IMG/VR virus record: IMGVR_UViG_3300042356_000801
Coordinates: 27,170-91,169 of that record
Length of the DNA: 64,000 nucleotides
Source: a virus
Reading direction: 5' to 3' (one strand)
The translations under genes and the position numbers were made by a program. The first letter of the stretch is position 1. Every line of letters starts with the position of its first letter. A model generated the notes under the pieces. That model was given only the letters and a program-made list of their open reading frames with translations, was not told where the DNA came from and did no database searches. Below, piece after piece: positions 9,199 to 20,800 of the stretch.

Positions 9199-10013
9199 TT
9201 CTTACCACCAAACATTGGGCAAATTTCCTGATAACTGCACCAGTTGCAGAGTATCGATTTTCTTGCTTCAAACTCTCCAGTGCGACAGCATTCGTCCACT
9301 TGTTTTTTTGTATCAATAACGTGTTCAATCATGTTTTTTGATTCACGACTTGTCACATGTTTTTTAAGTCTTACTCCGTCTTTTAGGTACAGAAGCTCTA
9401 GTTCTTTGGCTGTGCCTTTGCCCATCTTTTCCAGCATGTACGCATATATGTAAAGCTGAAAGAATTTATCCGCTTGGTACTGAGGGCGTGGAGTTTTTCC
9501 AGTTTTGTAGTCGCTCACGATAAGGGACTCGCCGTCACCGAGGGTTGAGTATCTATCAATAAAGCCCTTAATCACAACGCCTTCAATGTCTCCAGCAACT
9601 TCAAACTCAAGACCACCAGGTTCTAATTCCTGTGGGTTTTCAAGAATCCAAAGATTCTCAATACAGAACCACGAACGCCACCTAAATAGACGAATTTCTT
9701 TTTCGCTATTTACAGACGCAGTTGCTCTATCTACCCATACTTCATCCCACACCTGCTTGGCAAGGAACTTAGCGTTGTCAAGAGTTCTTTGTTCTGCGGG
9801 TAGTTTGTAAAGTTCTTCAAGAACATCGTGAACAAAATTGCCCATGACGGCTGCTTCGCCTGAAACATCCGGAATTTGGTCAATTTTGTTATACCTGAAC
9901 TTGAGTGGGCATTGGTGAAACGTTCCAATAGAAGAAGCAGAAAGGTGAGGAGGAGGTACCAACTCACTCTGAGACAAGGGTGCCACCAAACTGAATACGA
10001 ACGATTTCAGCAA
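9195..10013 (-). CDS. RecB/Cas4-like PD-(D/E)XK exonuclease
   Basis: HLSASSI.TF.QCP, GNFVHDVLE, GFIDR...SDYKTGK, QLYIYA, C-terminal CNWCSYQEIC; real start probably near 9977. Confidence 0.85.
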   Translation of the reverse strand: MLKSFVFSLVAPLSQSELVPPPHLSASSIGTFHQCPLKFRYNKIDQIPDVSGEAAVMGNFVHDVLEELYKLPAEQRTLDNAKFLAKQVWDEVWVDRATASVNSEKEIRLFRWRSWFCIENLWILENPQELEPGGLEFEVAGDIEGVVIKGFIDRYSTLGDGESLIVSDYKTGKTPRPQYQADKFFQLYIYAYMLEKMGKGTAKELELLYLKDGVRLKKHVTSRESKNMIEHVIDTKKQVDECCRTGEFEARKSILCNWCSYQEICPMFGGKK

Positions 10014-10620
10014 TCAAGTCATCTAAGTCTTGGTCTGTTGCGTTCGATTTTGTTGGCTTAGGGCGACCACCTGCATGTTGTTCCCAAAACTCATTCAGTT
10101 CTGTTTTTTGGTCGGCGTTAAGGGCCTTTGCAAGTCCTGCAAATTGGTCCCACTTATCAAGTCGGCCTTGCTCTGCTGGGGAGATGCTCATTGCTTCTTC
10201 AATATCCATTGCCTCTTCACTGCGGGCAAGGTAAAGACCTACGCCAAGAGTTTGAGCGGCTTTCTTGAGTGCGTCAGAAACGGCACCCTTCATCTCGTCA
10301 CCAAGGTCAACGATATCGCCAGTCTTGGTGCGCTTGATTTTTTGTCCACCAAATCCGTCACGAACAACAGTGCTTTCAGGACGAGTTGCGTCAGTGTGCC
10401 ATATTAAACGAACATGGGCAACAATGTATTCAGGGTCAAGAGAGTCTCTGTCGCAAGAGAGGATATTGAACGACCATGAGTCAATTCCTAGGACTTTATT
10501 GAGGCGAGTAATCACTTCACTTACGGGGATGTAAGTGAGAGACGCCCCACCTTTCTTGAGAATCTTTTCCATTTCACGTGGAAATGGTTCTGCTAATAGT
10601 TGGGTTATGTTGGTGTTCAT
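9964..10620 (-). CDS. Rad52/Rad22-family ssDNA annealing protein (Sak-like)
   Basis: YIP..EVITRLNKVLG..SWSF...KGAVSDALKKAAQTLGVGLYL. Confidence 0.85.
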   Translation of the reverse strand: MNTNITQLLAEPFPREMEKILKKGGASLTYIPVSEVITRLNKVLGIDSWSFNILSCDRDSLDPEYIVAHVRLIWHTDATRPESTVVRDGFGGQKIKRTKTGDIVDLGDEMKGAVSDALKKAAQTLGVGLYLARSEEAMDIEEAMSISPAEQGRLDKWDQFAGLAKALNADQKTELNEFWEQHAGGRPKPTKSNATDQDLDDLIAEIVRIQFGGTLVSE

Positions 10621-11114
10621 TCTGTGTCGCCCTTTCTGACGATGATGCTTGTTTTTAGTACGCCTGTTTCGCAGTACATGTCCGGGTTGATGCCGATGTT
10701 GTTGAGCTCTTTAATTCTCCAGTAAGAAGGAGCGCAATAGGTCATTAGTTCCATTGCAATTTCCTCTGGCGATTTTACAACTTCACCAGTATCCATGTCA
10801 ACTGACATTTGGCGCAATCTATTAATGACTGCCTTAGCGATGTCCTTGTGTTGCCACGCCTTACGCTCATAAGAAGACTTCTTCTCAATGACGGCATTGC
10901 CAGGGAGTGGAACCGCTGATTCCATATCCATCATTTCTCCAAAACGATGGGCAACTGCGTCGTACACAATACCCATATCGCGTTTAGTTAGATTTAGCTG
11001 AAGGAGCATGTTTCCCGCTTCTTCAAGAGTTGCACCATCATCAATGGTTTTCATGACCTCTGCTTCTAAATCAATAATCAGAAGTCGGAGTTTTGCAATT
11101 TTGTCTAAAGACAC
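10617..11114 (-). CDS. Hypothetical protein in recombination operon
   Basis: 165-aa ORF coupled to the annealase; VDMDTGEV motif. Confidence 0.6.
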   Translation of the reverse strand: MSLDKIAKLRLLIIDLEAEVMKTIDDGATLEEAGNMLLQLNLTKRDMGIVYDAVAHRFGEMMDMESAVPLPGNAVIEKKSSYERKAWQHKDIAKAVINRLRQMSVDMDTGEVVKSPEEIAMELMTYCAPSYWRIKELNNIGINPDMYCETGVLKTSIIVRKGDTE

Positions 11115-11152
11115 TTTTAATACCGTCCTATCTAGTAACTGGTCTCCCAGTA

Positions 11153-12469
11153 CTAAATGACGATAGCAATTCTTCTTCTCTGTTGCAACCCCAAACCTGC
11201 CAAATGTGTAAAAGCTCCTACAGCAGAGTCGACTTGGTCGTCATGGTCGCAAGCTTCGGGGAATGACGAGAACTCATCAAGCCAATGAGTAAGCCACGGC
11301 CCCCTGACCACGCGGACGTTGCCGTTAGCCATAGCGGCAGCAAATGGACGAGCCCTGGTTACCTTGTCTCCAGTAGCCCTAATCCCAGTGAAGTTGTAGC
11401 CAGGAAGTACATATCTGGCATATTGGTCCACAAGGGCCTTTCCGGAAGAGCCAGGCTCCATTTCCATCAAGATTGGGGTATCTAGGCCGTCTTCGTAGGC
11501 TGTTTGTGCAATCAGTTGCTCTACCTTTTCGCCCTTAACCCGCACCCGTTTTACGTCCATGACATAAGCAATTCCCTGGTCAAACATCATTAGCGTGCCT
11601 ACCGTATAGTCAGGGTCGGGGTTGTTTGCGCTTGGCTCGGTGGCTGCAAGGTCCCAAAAACGGACGACTTTTGCCGTATTTGAGATTGTTGGGACCTCTG
11701 ATTGGTCAATAATTATGACGGATTCTCGCTCAAATAAGCTTCCGAGAGTGGTGCTCCACCAGTCGCCTTCTTCAAGCCGCCTACGCTCAATAGGGTCAAG
11801 AGCCTGCAGGGCTTGACGGTATGAGTCTGCGTCAATTCCGGGGTTGTCGGTCAGTTTTGAGGGGACAAAGATTCTTCCTTCAGAAATCCCTTCCACGATA
11901 AACCTTTGCCTAACCCAGTTCGGGGCAGGGTTGGATGCACACCTCATTCGGAGTGGGACCTCGGAAAGGGGTCCAGAGTTGGGTCGGCGTAGACGGGAGA
12001 ACATGTATCGGTAGTCGGATTCACGGATTTCGGTGACTTCGTCCATCCCAATAAACTGGAATTCAGAACCCTTATAGCGAAGGTAGTCGGACTGGTTGTT
12101 TAGGTACCCAAAGGAAATTCTTGCCCCAGATGGGAAAGTTGCCACAAAACTGTTGTTATTCCAATGAACATCGTCATAGTTGGACATCCATGACTTAAAG
12201 CGGTCCATCAAGGCTCCAGGAAGAGACAAGTCAGCAAATGTACGACGGAAAAGAATTGCTGAATAGCTAGGGATATCAACAAACTGCATGGCTGACATAA
12301 GCAGTGCGGAAGACTTTCCACCACCTGCTGCCCCACCGAACAGGGCTTCCAGCCCGTTGGTTCTCAGGAATACCTTCTGAGGCAGAGACGGCTCTTCTGG
12401 GCAGTAGTCAGACATCTTCGGTTGAAGATATTCAAGAACACTTTCCCAGTTAGTTTGTGGTTCTGACAT
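11153..12469 (-). CDS. terL: Terminase large subunit
   Basis: GGAAGGGKS Walker A, FIGMDEVT Walker B, ASNP coupling motif, RFWDLAA and HDDQVDS nuclease motifs. Confidence 0.92.
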   Translation of the reverse strand: MSEPQTNWESVLEYLQPKMSDYCPEEPSLPQKVFLRTNGLEALFGGAAGGGKSSALLMSAMQFVDIPSYSAILFRRTFADLSLPGALMDRFKSWMSNYDDVHWNNNSFVATFPSGARISFGYLNNQSDYLRYKGSEFQFIGMDEVTEIRESDYRYMFSRLRRPNSGPLSEVPLRMRCASNPAPNWVRQRFIVEGISEGRIFVPSKLTDNPGIDADSYRQALQALDPIERRRLEEGDWWSTTLGSLFERESVIIIDQSEVPTISNTAKVVRFWDLAATEPSANNPDPDYTVGTLMMFDQGIAYVMDVKRVRVKGEKVEQLIAQTAYEDGLDTPILMEMEPGSSGKALVDQYARYVLPGYNFTGIRATGDKVTRARPFAAAMANGNVRVVRGPWLTHWLDEFSSFPEACDHDDQVDSAVGAFTHLAGLGLQQRRRIAIVI

Positions 12470-12527
12470 TTATAATCTCCGGCTTTGTTAGACCTGATGG
12501 TACTCTAATGCGCTAGTCTGGCAGCAT

Positions 12528-12707
12528 ATGAAAATTTTGTGGTCACGATTCAAAAGTAGGCTAAACAGGTCATTGTTCGCTTATTTTTTCATGGTTTCAT
12601 TTATAATACTATCTAGTATTGGTGCAGCACTTATATACCCCCCAGCCGGTTTACTGGTCGGAGGGGCTACATGTGGCTTGTTTGGTTTTCTATTAGGTCG
12701 TGAGTAA
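12528..12707 (+). CDS. Small two-TM membrane protein upstream of portal (59 aa)
   Basis: Below the ORF-track cutoff: MKILWSRF...LFAYFFMVSFIILSSIGAALIYPPAGLLVGG...; TAGTCT -10-like hexamer 8 nt upstream. Confidence 0.6.
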   Translation: MKILWSRFKSRLNRSLFAYFFMVSFIILSSIGAALIYPPAGLLVGGATCGLFGFLLGRE

Positions 12708-12715
12708 AAAAAAAT

Positions 12716-14788
12716 ATGGCGTGGAATCCTTCTACAAACAAGTCGCTAAATAACCAAGCGCAAAAAGACATTGGCCCAGGTGCTCCAGTAGCACAAAACC
12801 CTGGATATGCAGGCAAACCGTACAGGGACTCATGGGATATTGAGCGCGCCTACAGAGAGGGTATGCAGAAGGTCACATGGGTATCTAGGTGTATTGATGC
12901 CATTGCCGGAAACCAAGCCAGGCTTCCTATTATTCTCAGAAAAGACAACTCCCCACACGGAGAAATACTTTCCATAAAAGAAGCCAAAAAAGTACCATTG
13001 CTTAACATTTTGAACAGCAAGTCAAACATTGGTGAGAACTCTTACATCTTTAGGTACAGACTTTCTGCTCAGCTTCTTCTTGGCACAAGAGGTGCTTTTA
13101 TCGAAAAAGTGAGAGGTAGAGACGGGGGCATTATTGGCCTCAACCTTCTCCCGCCTCAATCAACTTCGCCAATCCCTGACCCAAAAAAGTTTGTTTCTGG
13201 ATATGAAGTTCAGATGCCAACTGGAAACAAAATCTTTCTAAAACCGGAAGATGTTTGCTGGGTAAGAAGACCGCACCCAATTGACCCGTATCTATCGTTG
13301 ACACCACTTGAAGCATGTGGAGTAGCCATTGAAATAGAAAACTTGGCAAAGCTTTACAACAGAAACTATTTGCTCAATGACGGAAGACCTGGTGGTCTTC
13401 TTGTTCTCAAGGGAGAAATAGATGACGATGACAAGGAAGAACTAAGAAGCAGATTCCGTGGAAACTTGTCTCGTGTTGGATACACCTCGGTAATCTCTTC
13501 CGATGAAGGTGTTGATTACATTGACACTTCGGCCAACCCACGAGATGCCGCCTATATCCAAATGCGTCAGCTCACAAAAGAAGAAATCCTTGCTTCTTTT
13601 GGTGTTCCTGAATCCGTAATCGGAAACGCTGCAGGAAGAACTTTCAGCAATGCTTCTGAAGAGATTCGAGTCTTTTGGATGGAAACAATGCTTCCTCACT
13701 TGGAAATTTTGTCTCGTGCCTTAGACGAACTTGACGTAGATAACTACGTTGACTTTAACGTGGACCAAGTGCCCATTTTGATGCTGTACGAGCAGGAGCG
13801 TCATCGCTACTTGATGGATGAGTTCAATGCAGGACTAATCAGCAACAATGAATACCGAATTGGTTCAGGTCGTAAAGAAACCGAAAGCGATTTGGCTGAC
13901 TCGTTGCTTGCCAATCCAAACCTCATCCCAATCTCTAACACCAAGAAGAAGATGGAAGAACCGTCCCAGGTTCAAGTTCCTGGAGCCCCAGGACAGCCAG
14001 GAATGCCTGGCATGCCACCTGGTGCCCCAGCGATGCCAGGGATGCCTCCAGTGCCCGGACAACCACCTGTGGACCCAAACACAATGGCCGGAGCACTTGC
14101 AGAAGTTGGCTCAACCGTTCCTCCTGGCGGGGAACTGGCTCAGTCCCCAATTCCAGGCATGCCTCCCGGCATGATGACGGGCGCAGAACCTATGCCTATG
14201 GGTGCAACAAGTGCTGAGTCTTCCGAACTTGAAACAAAGTCCCTCGATACGGAATTTGATTCTCAAAAACTAGAGATGGAAAGATGGGAAGAGATTCTTG
14301 TCAGAAGCATGGAAAGAGTTTTGGAAAGACAGCAAAGAGTTGTTCTTGAAAAATCAAGTGGAGCAAAAGCTAAGAAAGCTTTGTTTGCCGGAACCCTAGA
14401 CATCCCATCTGTTCTCCCAACGGATACATGGGATAGACAGTTTGATGAAGACATCAAGCCGGTCGTGACAGCCATCGTCAAAGAGTCGTTTAAAGCTTCT
14501 TCCCCTATGGGAAAGAAGTCTGCAAAAAACTCCACCATGGAATCTGACATTATTGCTCAGGTTGATTCTCAAATGGCAAGAATAAAAAGTCTTAACCAAG
14601 ATTTGACCGATGAAATAACTTCGTTAATGCTTTCTTCCATGAATGTCGCTGACGAAGACCAGAGAGCTGGAGCCTTCAGGTCAAACATTGTTTCTTTGTA
14701 CACAAACGTGCTCGCAAAGAGAATTCCTGAAATTGCCGAAGAAGAAGCTCGCAGGGCGTGGATGTACGGGAAGTACATCACAGGATAG
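12716..14788 (+). CDS. HK97-family portal protein with Pro/Gly/Met-rich linker and C-terminal extension
   Basis: WVSRCIDAIA..QARLP, QLLLGTRGAF, NDGRPGGLL, EILASFGVP. Confidence 0.9.
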   Translation: MAWNPSTNKSLNNQAQKDIGPGAPVAQNPGYAGKPYRDSWDIERAYREGMQKVTWVSRCIDAIAGNQARLPIILRKDNSPHGEILSIKEAKKVPLLNILNSKSNIGENSYIFRYRLSAQLLLGTRGAFIEKVRGRDGGIIGLNLLPPQSTSPIPDPKKFVSGYEVQMPTGNKIFLKPEDVCWVRRPHPIDPYLSLTPLEACGVAIEIENLAKLYNRNYLLNDGRPGGLLVLKGEIDDDDKEELRSRFRGNLSRVGYTSVISSDEGVDYIDTSANPRDAAYIQMRQLTKEEILASFGVPESVIGNAAGRTFSNASEEIRVFWMETMLPHLEILSRALDELDVDNYVDFNVDQVPILMLYEQERHRYLMDEFNAGLISNNEYRIGSGRKETESDLADSLLANPNLIPISNTKKKMEEPSQVQVPGAPGQPGMPGMPPGAPAMPGMPPVPGQPPVDPNTMAGALAEVGSTVPPGGELAQSPIPGMPPGMMTGAEPMPMGATSAESSELETKSLDTEFDSQKLEMERWEEILVRSMERVLERQQRVVLEKSSGAKAKKALFAGTLDIPSVLPTDTWDRQFDEDIKPVVTAIVKESFKASSPMGKKSAKNSTMESDIIAQVDSQMARIKSLNQDLTDEITSLMLSSMNVADEDQRAGAFRSNIVSLYTNVLAKRIPEIAEEEARRAWMYGKYITG

Positions 14789-14887
14789 TTTTAGTATTTG
14801 GTTTTAGTAAACAATGCGAAAAACCTGAATACTTACCGTTTAGTGCAGTCTTTGTCGTTTATTATCGAAGAATACACAAGGAGCCAC

Positions 14888-17800
14888 ATGCCCTCTTCTA
14901 AGAAAAATTCCGACATTCAGTACAAGGCTGCACCGCAAGGAATGGTGAATCTTGACGAAGCCGAAGGCATCGTTGAATGTTTTGTCGCAGGTATTGGTAA
15001 CAAGGACTCAGTCGGCGATGTTTGCGCCCCTGGAGCTTTTGGCAAGAGCCTAATTAGGCGTAAGCCTCGCGTTGTTTGGGGTCATAACTGGAACGACCCA
15101 ATCGGTAAAGTCCTTGATATGTATGAGGTTCAGCCAAGTGACCCTCGTCTTCCTAACAAAATGAAGGCTGCCGGAATTGGTGGCTTGTATGCCCGCGTTC
15201 AGTTCAACTTGAAGTCAGAAAAGGGCCGCGAGGCTTTTGCAAATGTGGCATTTTTTGGCGAAGAACAAGAATGGTCAATCGGCTACAAGACGATTAATGC
15301 CAAGTTTGACCCACAGATGCAAGCAAACATTCTGTATGAAGTTGAGCTTTACGAAGTTTCTCCAGTTCTTCATGGTGCCAACCAGCTGACAGGAACAATT
15401 TCAATAAAGTCCGAAGACCAGTCATCAACAGTTTTAGTAAACGAACAACCATCTATCGACGGCCTCAACATAAATGAGCTTTCTTCAGTTTTAGATGCGT
15501 TGAAGACGATTGCGTCCACCACAGATGAAAAGTGTGGACCCGGAATGCCAATGGGCATGCCTGCGCAAATGCCAATGGTGATGCCATCTGGTGGACCAGG
15601 AATGCCTTCTGTATCAAAACCAACACAACCAACCGCCCCAAGAGAGTCCGTGAAGCCAGAAGTTCCATCAATGCCGGAAAACCCAATGCTTGTAGCAATT
15701 AGAAGAGAATTGGTCGACAGGACTGGTTCAAATATTATTGTTCGTTCCGTAATAGAAAACATAGTTGTATTCGACAGAATTACTACTGATGGAATTTCTA
15801 GTACTTATAAACTTCCTTTCAACTATGCAAACAATGAATTCATGTTTGGTAAGCCAGAGAAGATAAACACACAGCCAACTCCAGAGTCAAGTATCCCAAC
15901 AATGCCAGGAATGCCTCAACAGTTCGGCGGGTTCGATACTGGAAAATCTTTGATTTCGTTTGATGACTTTTCCTGGGTAGGTTTTAACCAGCAGATACCA
16001 GCTCAACAAGTTGATATATCTACGCTCAACAATGTCATCAGTAATCTTGAAAAGATTATCGAAGAGAAGTCGACATACATAATCCCCGTTGACATAAACA
16101 ACGCATTTGAAGTTAAGCAAGCAATTGACCCAATTCTTGATTACTACAGAGTTGATGCAACTGTTACTGAAGACGGCATCGTTGTTAAGTCTCTTGATAA
16201 CGAGTTCCTTGACGCAATGGACATTGCCACAAAGGGTGTGTTGCGCAGTATCGGCAACATGGTTGGCCGTGCGGTAGATAGACCAAACATTGGCAAAAAT
16301 AGGCGTGATAGAAATCCTAACCTCGCATCAAGAGGTCGAGGAATTGGTTCCCGTGGAGCTGTAGTAAGACTCGCCGACGGAACGATGTGGGACCCAAAAA
16401 CCGCACCGGACAGGAACAATAACGGCATTGTAGGTGAAGGCCTTACAGACGGTCGCGGCATGTCTCTGTCCCAGCCGGACCCAACACCAAGTGGACCCAA
16501 CTCAATCGATGCTCCAAAGACACCTAAAGCCCCTAAAGCTCCAAAGAAGGCTACAAGACTTTCTTCTGGCGGAGATGATTCTTCACGTGCTCGCGACCTT
16601 GCTAAGCAACGGGAAATGGATAAGGCAAGAGGTGCTAGTGCTACAAACCCAGTAGGAAAAGAAGCCGTCGAGCAAGCCAAAAAACTTGAAAGAGAAAGAG
16701 CAGCAGCACGTCAATCTGAAACTCGTCTTTCTTCTGGGCGCGTCATAATGTCGGACGGTCAAATGGAAATATCATTTGATGAAGAAGACGGAGATGGCAT
16801 CTATGACGCAACAAGAGACGGTTTCCGAATAATTAGAAATGAACGTGGCAGCGGCGGTGGCAGAAGATTCCCAGAATCCACAGCAACGTACGGCGGGTCA
16901 GGTTTAAGTGAAGCCGAGAAAAAAGAAATTCTTGACGTCGTCAAGGATAGTTCCAACCCATTGGTTCAAAAAATATTGAAGGGTTCATTTCCTAGTAGCT
17001 TGTCCGATAAACAGTGGGCTGTTCTTAAAAGGGAATTTGAGAAGAACAAGAAGAAAACTCCTTCTGGCTATATAAGCAATGTCCGAAGCGGTGGAACAGT
17101 TGCTCCTGGAGCAAAACTTGATGGCGGAATTGCTTATCTTGAACCAGACCACGCCAACGACAAAGACTACGAAAACCTACGTGACGCAATACAGACAGCA
17201 ATGCGCTCCAATCAGATGCTTCGTTTTGACTACAGTGGAAAAAACAGAGAAGTAATTCCAGTAAAAATTGAGAAGAACAATAAAACTGGTAAGTGGAACT
17301 TGACTGCCCAAGACGACACTGGGGCAAGAAAGCTTTTTAGTCTCGACAAGATAACTCCGTCTTCGGCAGAGCGCCTTTCCTCTGGTGAGTGGACAAAAAC
17401 TGATGACGGCATTGAGATGGACGCGCCGGATATTGATGGTGGTTACCTAATACAAGGCAACTCCAAAGATGGATTTGTAGTAACTAGATTTGCGGACGCT
17501 AGACGTAACGGTGGACAAAATGCTAACGAATACGAACATGACAAAGTTTTCACGTCAAGTAGCGCGGCTAAGAAGTGGGCAGAAAGAAACTACAAACTAA
17601 TCAGCGAAGAAATAGGCAAAGAGGACGTAGAAATAAGAAAAGCTGACGCAGAAAGAAGCGCAGACTTTGCAGACATGACTCCAGAAGATGCCGCAGATTA
17701 TGCCGCTTGGATGGACGAAGAAACCTGGAGAGACAGGGACCCAAGATTCTCCTCCGGTGAAGGATATTGGGTAGATGCTGCAGAAAAAGAAGCAGGAAAT

Positions 17801-20800
17801 GACCCTAAAAAACTTGCTGATTTCTTGATTGAACAAGGAATACTTGAAGAAGACCACCCAAGAGTCAAGAAGCTCAGAAACCGTTTAACCGCCGACGACG
17901 AGTTTGAAAAAACATTTTCAATGCTTGCCGAGATGGATGCTGAAGCTGAAGCAGAAAGCAGAGCAGAAAGGCGTTCAACCCAGTTTACGGCTGTAGAAAA
18001 CCCATTCGGACGTCTTTCCTCTGGTCAGAGAACATGGATAGATGCCGCAGAGGATGAAGCAGGAGACGACCCTAGGGAGCTCGCTGATTTCTTACTTGCA
18101 AGAGGTGTTATCGACGAGGAAGACCACCCAATAATCAAGGGGCTCAGAGATGGTCGTACAGCTGACGATGAACTCGAAAAAGCATACGAAATGCTTGCTG
18201 AGATGGATGCCGAAGACCAAGCAGAACACGCTGCACAGTTTAAGAACGCAGCCTCAGAAGTAAGCAGTCTGACCAAGCCAACAATGCCGGACCTTGATGG
18301 AATGGACGAAGACGAAGCAGGAGATGCGTTACAACAGGCAAATGATGAGATATTAAGTTTTGCTGATGGAACAGAAAACATTGCGAGAGAATACCTTGGA
18401 GACGCAGAATACAACAAGAGGTTTGGTGGCGCAGTTCCATTAATCGAAGAGATGTCAAAAAACCATGACGGCGGCAATTACGAGCGTGAGATAGCTCTTG
18501 AAAACGCACTTGAGCGTGCTAATGGATTCAACCTGTCAGTCGCCGGAGAGATGGAATTAGAAAGCAACAGATTCTCTTCTGGTATAGATTTTGACAAGAA
18601 AGGTGCATCAGGCCTCAGGGAGATGCGCCATGTTGAGCGCAATCCACTCAGGATGGATTCATCTGCTGAAAAAGCAGAACGTGATGCATATGAAAAAGAT
18701 GTTGCTGCCTTCATAAAGAACAATGGCTGGTTTGTTGAAGTACCGATGTACAACGGTGACCCAAAGTGGCAAAGTGAAGATTGGTATCGCGCAAGAGAGT
18801 TTGCTACAAACGTTGCAAAATTGCGTTTCGAGGACAACTACCAAAACGAAACTAATCAATTCATGCAGTTCTTTGATAAGCCAGGAAAGCCTTCAAAGAA
18901 AGACTTCTTCGCCAAGAAGGGGACCGTTGATTACAAGTCTTGGTACATGGCTCATACCCCTCTATTGACAAGCGAAATAGACAGCGTTCTTAATTCTGAC
19001 CTGTACTCTGACAATTACAAAGAGTCATACATGAATGCTATTCGTTCATTCTTGTATGTAAACAGGCCTGAATTTGGTCCATACGGTGGAGATGACCCCG
19101 CTTACCAAGCATGGCTACAACAGTCGGGTCTTGGTTACGGTGGAAGATACAGCACGTCAGGTCCAAAATTTGACGAAATGGGCAGATTCTCTTCTGGTGC
19201 TAAGCGTGGAAGTAGAAAAGATAACTACATAAATTCTTACGAAAACCCAGAAGACTTGAAAGAAGCAATCTTTTCTGAGCTTATTTTTGCAGGAGACTAT
19301 GAAGGAATGACTGCGGAAGACTTGGCCTACGCGCTAAATGTCAGGGCAGAAAGTGTTGAACCAATTCTTGAGCAAGTCAAAAAAGATGTAGGCGACGCAC
19401 GGGAAGACTACGACCGCTACTTAGAGTCACAACCAGAAATGACTGACGAAGACCTGCAGGCAATGGCGGATGACTATGCTCGCGCACAGACTGTAACCGA
19501 CAAGTTTAACAACATGACTCCAGAAGAAGCAGCCGATTACGCCGCTTGGATGGACGAAGAAACCTGGAGAGACAGGGACCCAAGATTCTCCTCTGGTAGG
19601 GAACTTACCGACGAAGAAAAGCAAGAACTGGGGGCTCAATTTGCCAGAGCCCAAGACAGGCGAAAAGCTGAACTGGAAGAACGGGGGGCTCAATTTGCCA
19701 GAGCCCAAGATAGGCGGAAAGCAAAAGAAGACCGCATCACTAAGTTCTACAGGGAGATGGCAGAGCAAAATGCAATGCTTTCAGAAATGACCCCAAGCGA
19801 ACTCGCGGATTACGCCGAGCAATGGAACGAAAGCCATGCAGAAGATTCTCGTCTTTCCTCAGGTGGTATAAACTATTACGACTGGATGGTAGAAAATGGT
19901 GTTCCGCGTTCAGCACTAGACGGTGAAAGGTTCCGTGGAAGAGACGCTTACGGACACTCTTTCCATGACTACTATGCGGAAGATGCTTTTGCAAATATCG
20001 ACGAAGCAGTCGTTGAAGCGCTTCTTTCTGACAGAACACAACGAACATCTATTCAGGATTTAGCAAAAGAAGCAAGAGAACATGGGCTTCAACTGGCCAC
20101 CAACCGCAGCATGCAGGAAGAGTTCTCCTGGGCTGAGGCAGTAAATCCAAAACCTGAGAGCTTGCGCGCGGAAGATTTGGTTCGTAGACCTGATGACTTA
20201 GGCTCAAACGCAAGACGCGTAGCTGAAGCAGTTGCTAACAACAGTAATGGCGCAAGAAGTGCTGCGTCTAGAGAAGACATTCTTCATTTTACCTACGATG
20301 GTAAACAGCGCTCTGTGTATCCAGAATCATTTGGGACAAGCAAAAAAGGCATTGCCTTCTTTAGAGCCTGGGACGAAACCGCAGACGATGGCAATGGTGC
20401 CTACAGAAGCTTTAATATCGACAAGATTGAGGGACTGGTTTCACACGCAATACCTCCATATGTTGAAATAGGAACAATGACCCCAGAGCCCAAGTGGAGC
20501 ATTGCTGACTTCAGCATAGAAGACTGGGCAAAAATTAATGACCGGTTCTATTTTAGAAGTAGCGAAGTTGGTCGGGCGGCGTTTGATATTGAGACCGCTA
20601 TTCAATGGGAGCTTGAAGGCACTGGAACAAGGGCTCCAGGTTCGATAATCGACACAGCCGAAAGAGAACTAAAGCGCCTCAAGCAAATTGCTTTCGACAA
20701 ACACATCACCGAGATGGTGGAAAAGGGTGCTACAAGTTCAAAATTCTCTCTTGACATTGAAAATGCAAAAAGATACGGTGTAAAGCCACTCAACAGAGGA

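Noticed and set aside
14798-14887. TTG start of the 4202-aa ORF
   Set aside because: ATG 14888 has an AGGAG SD; the upstream 90 nt look like intergenic/promoter sequence
17675-19597. 84-bp repeat pair as DGR template/variable repeats
   Set aside because: Differences are not adenine-specific, both copies are in-frame coding, and no reverse transcriptase is in the window
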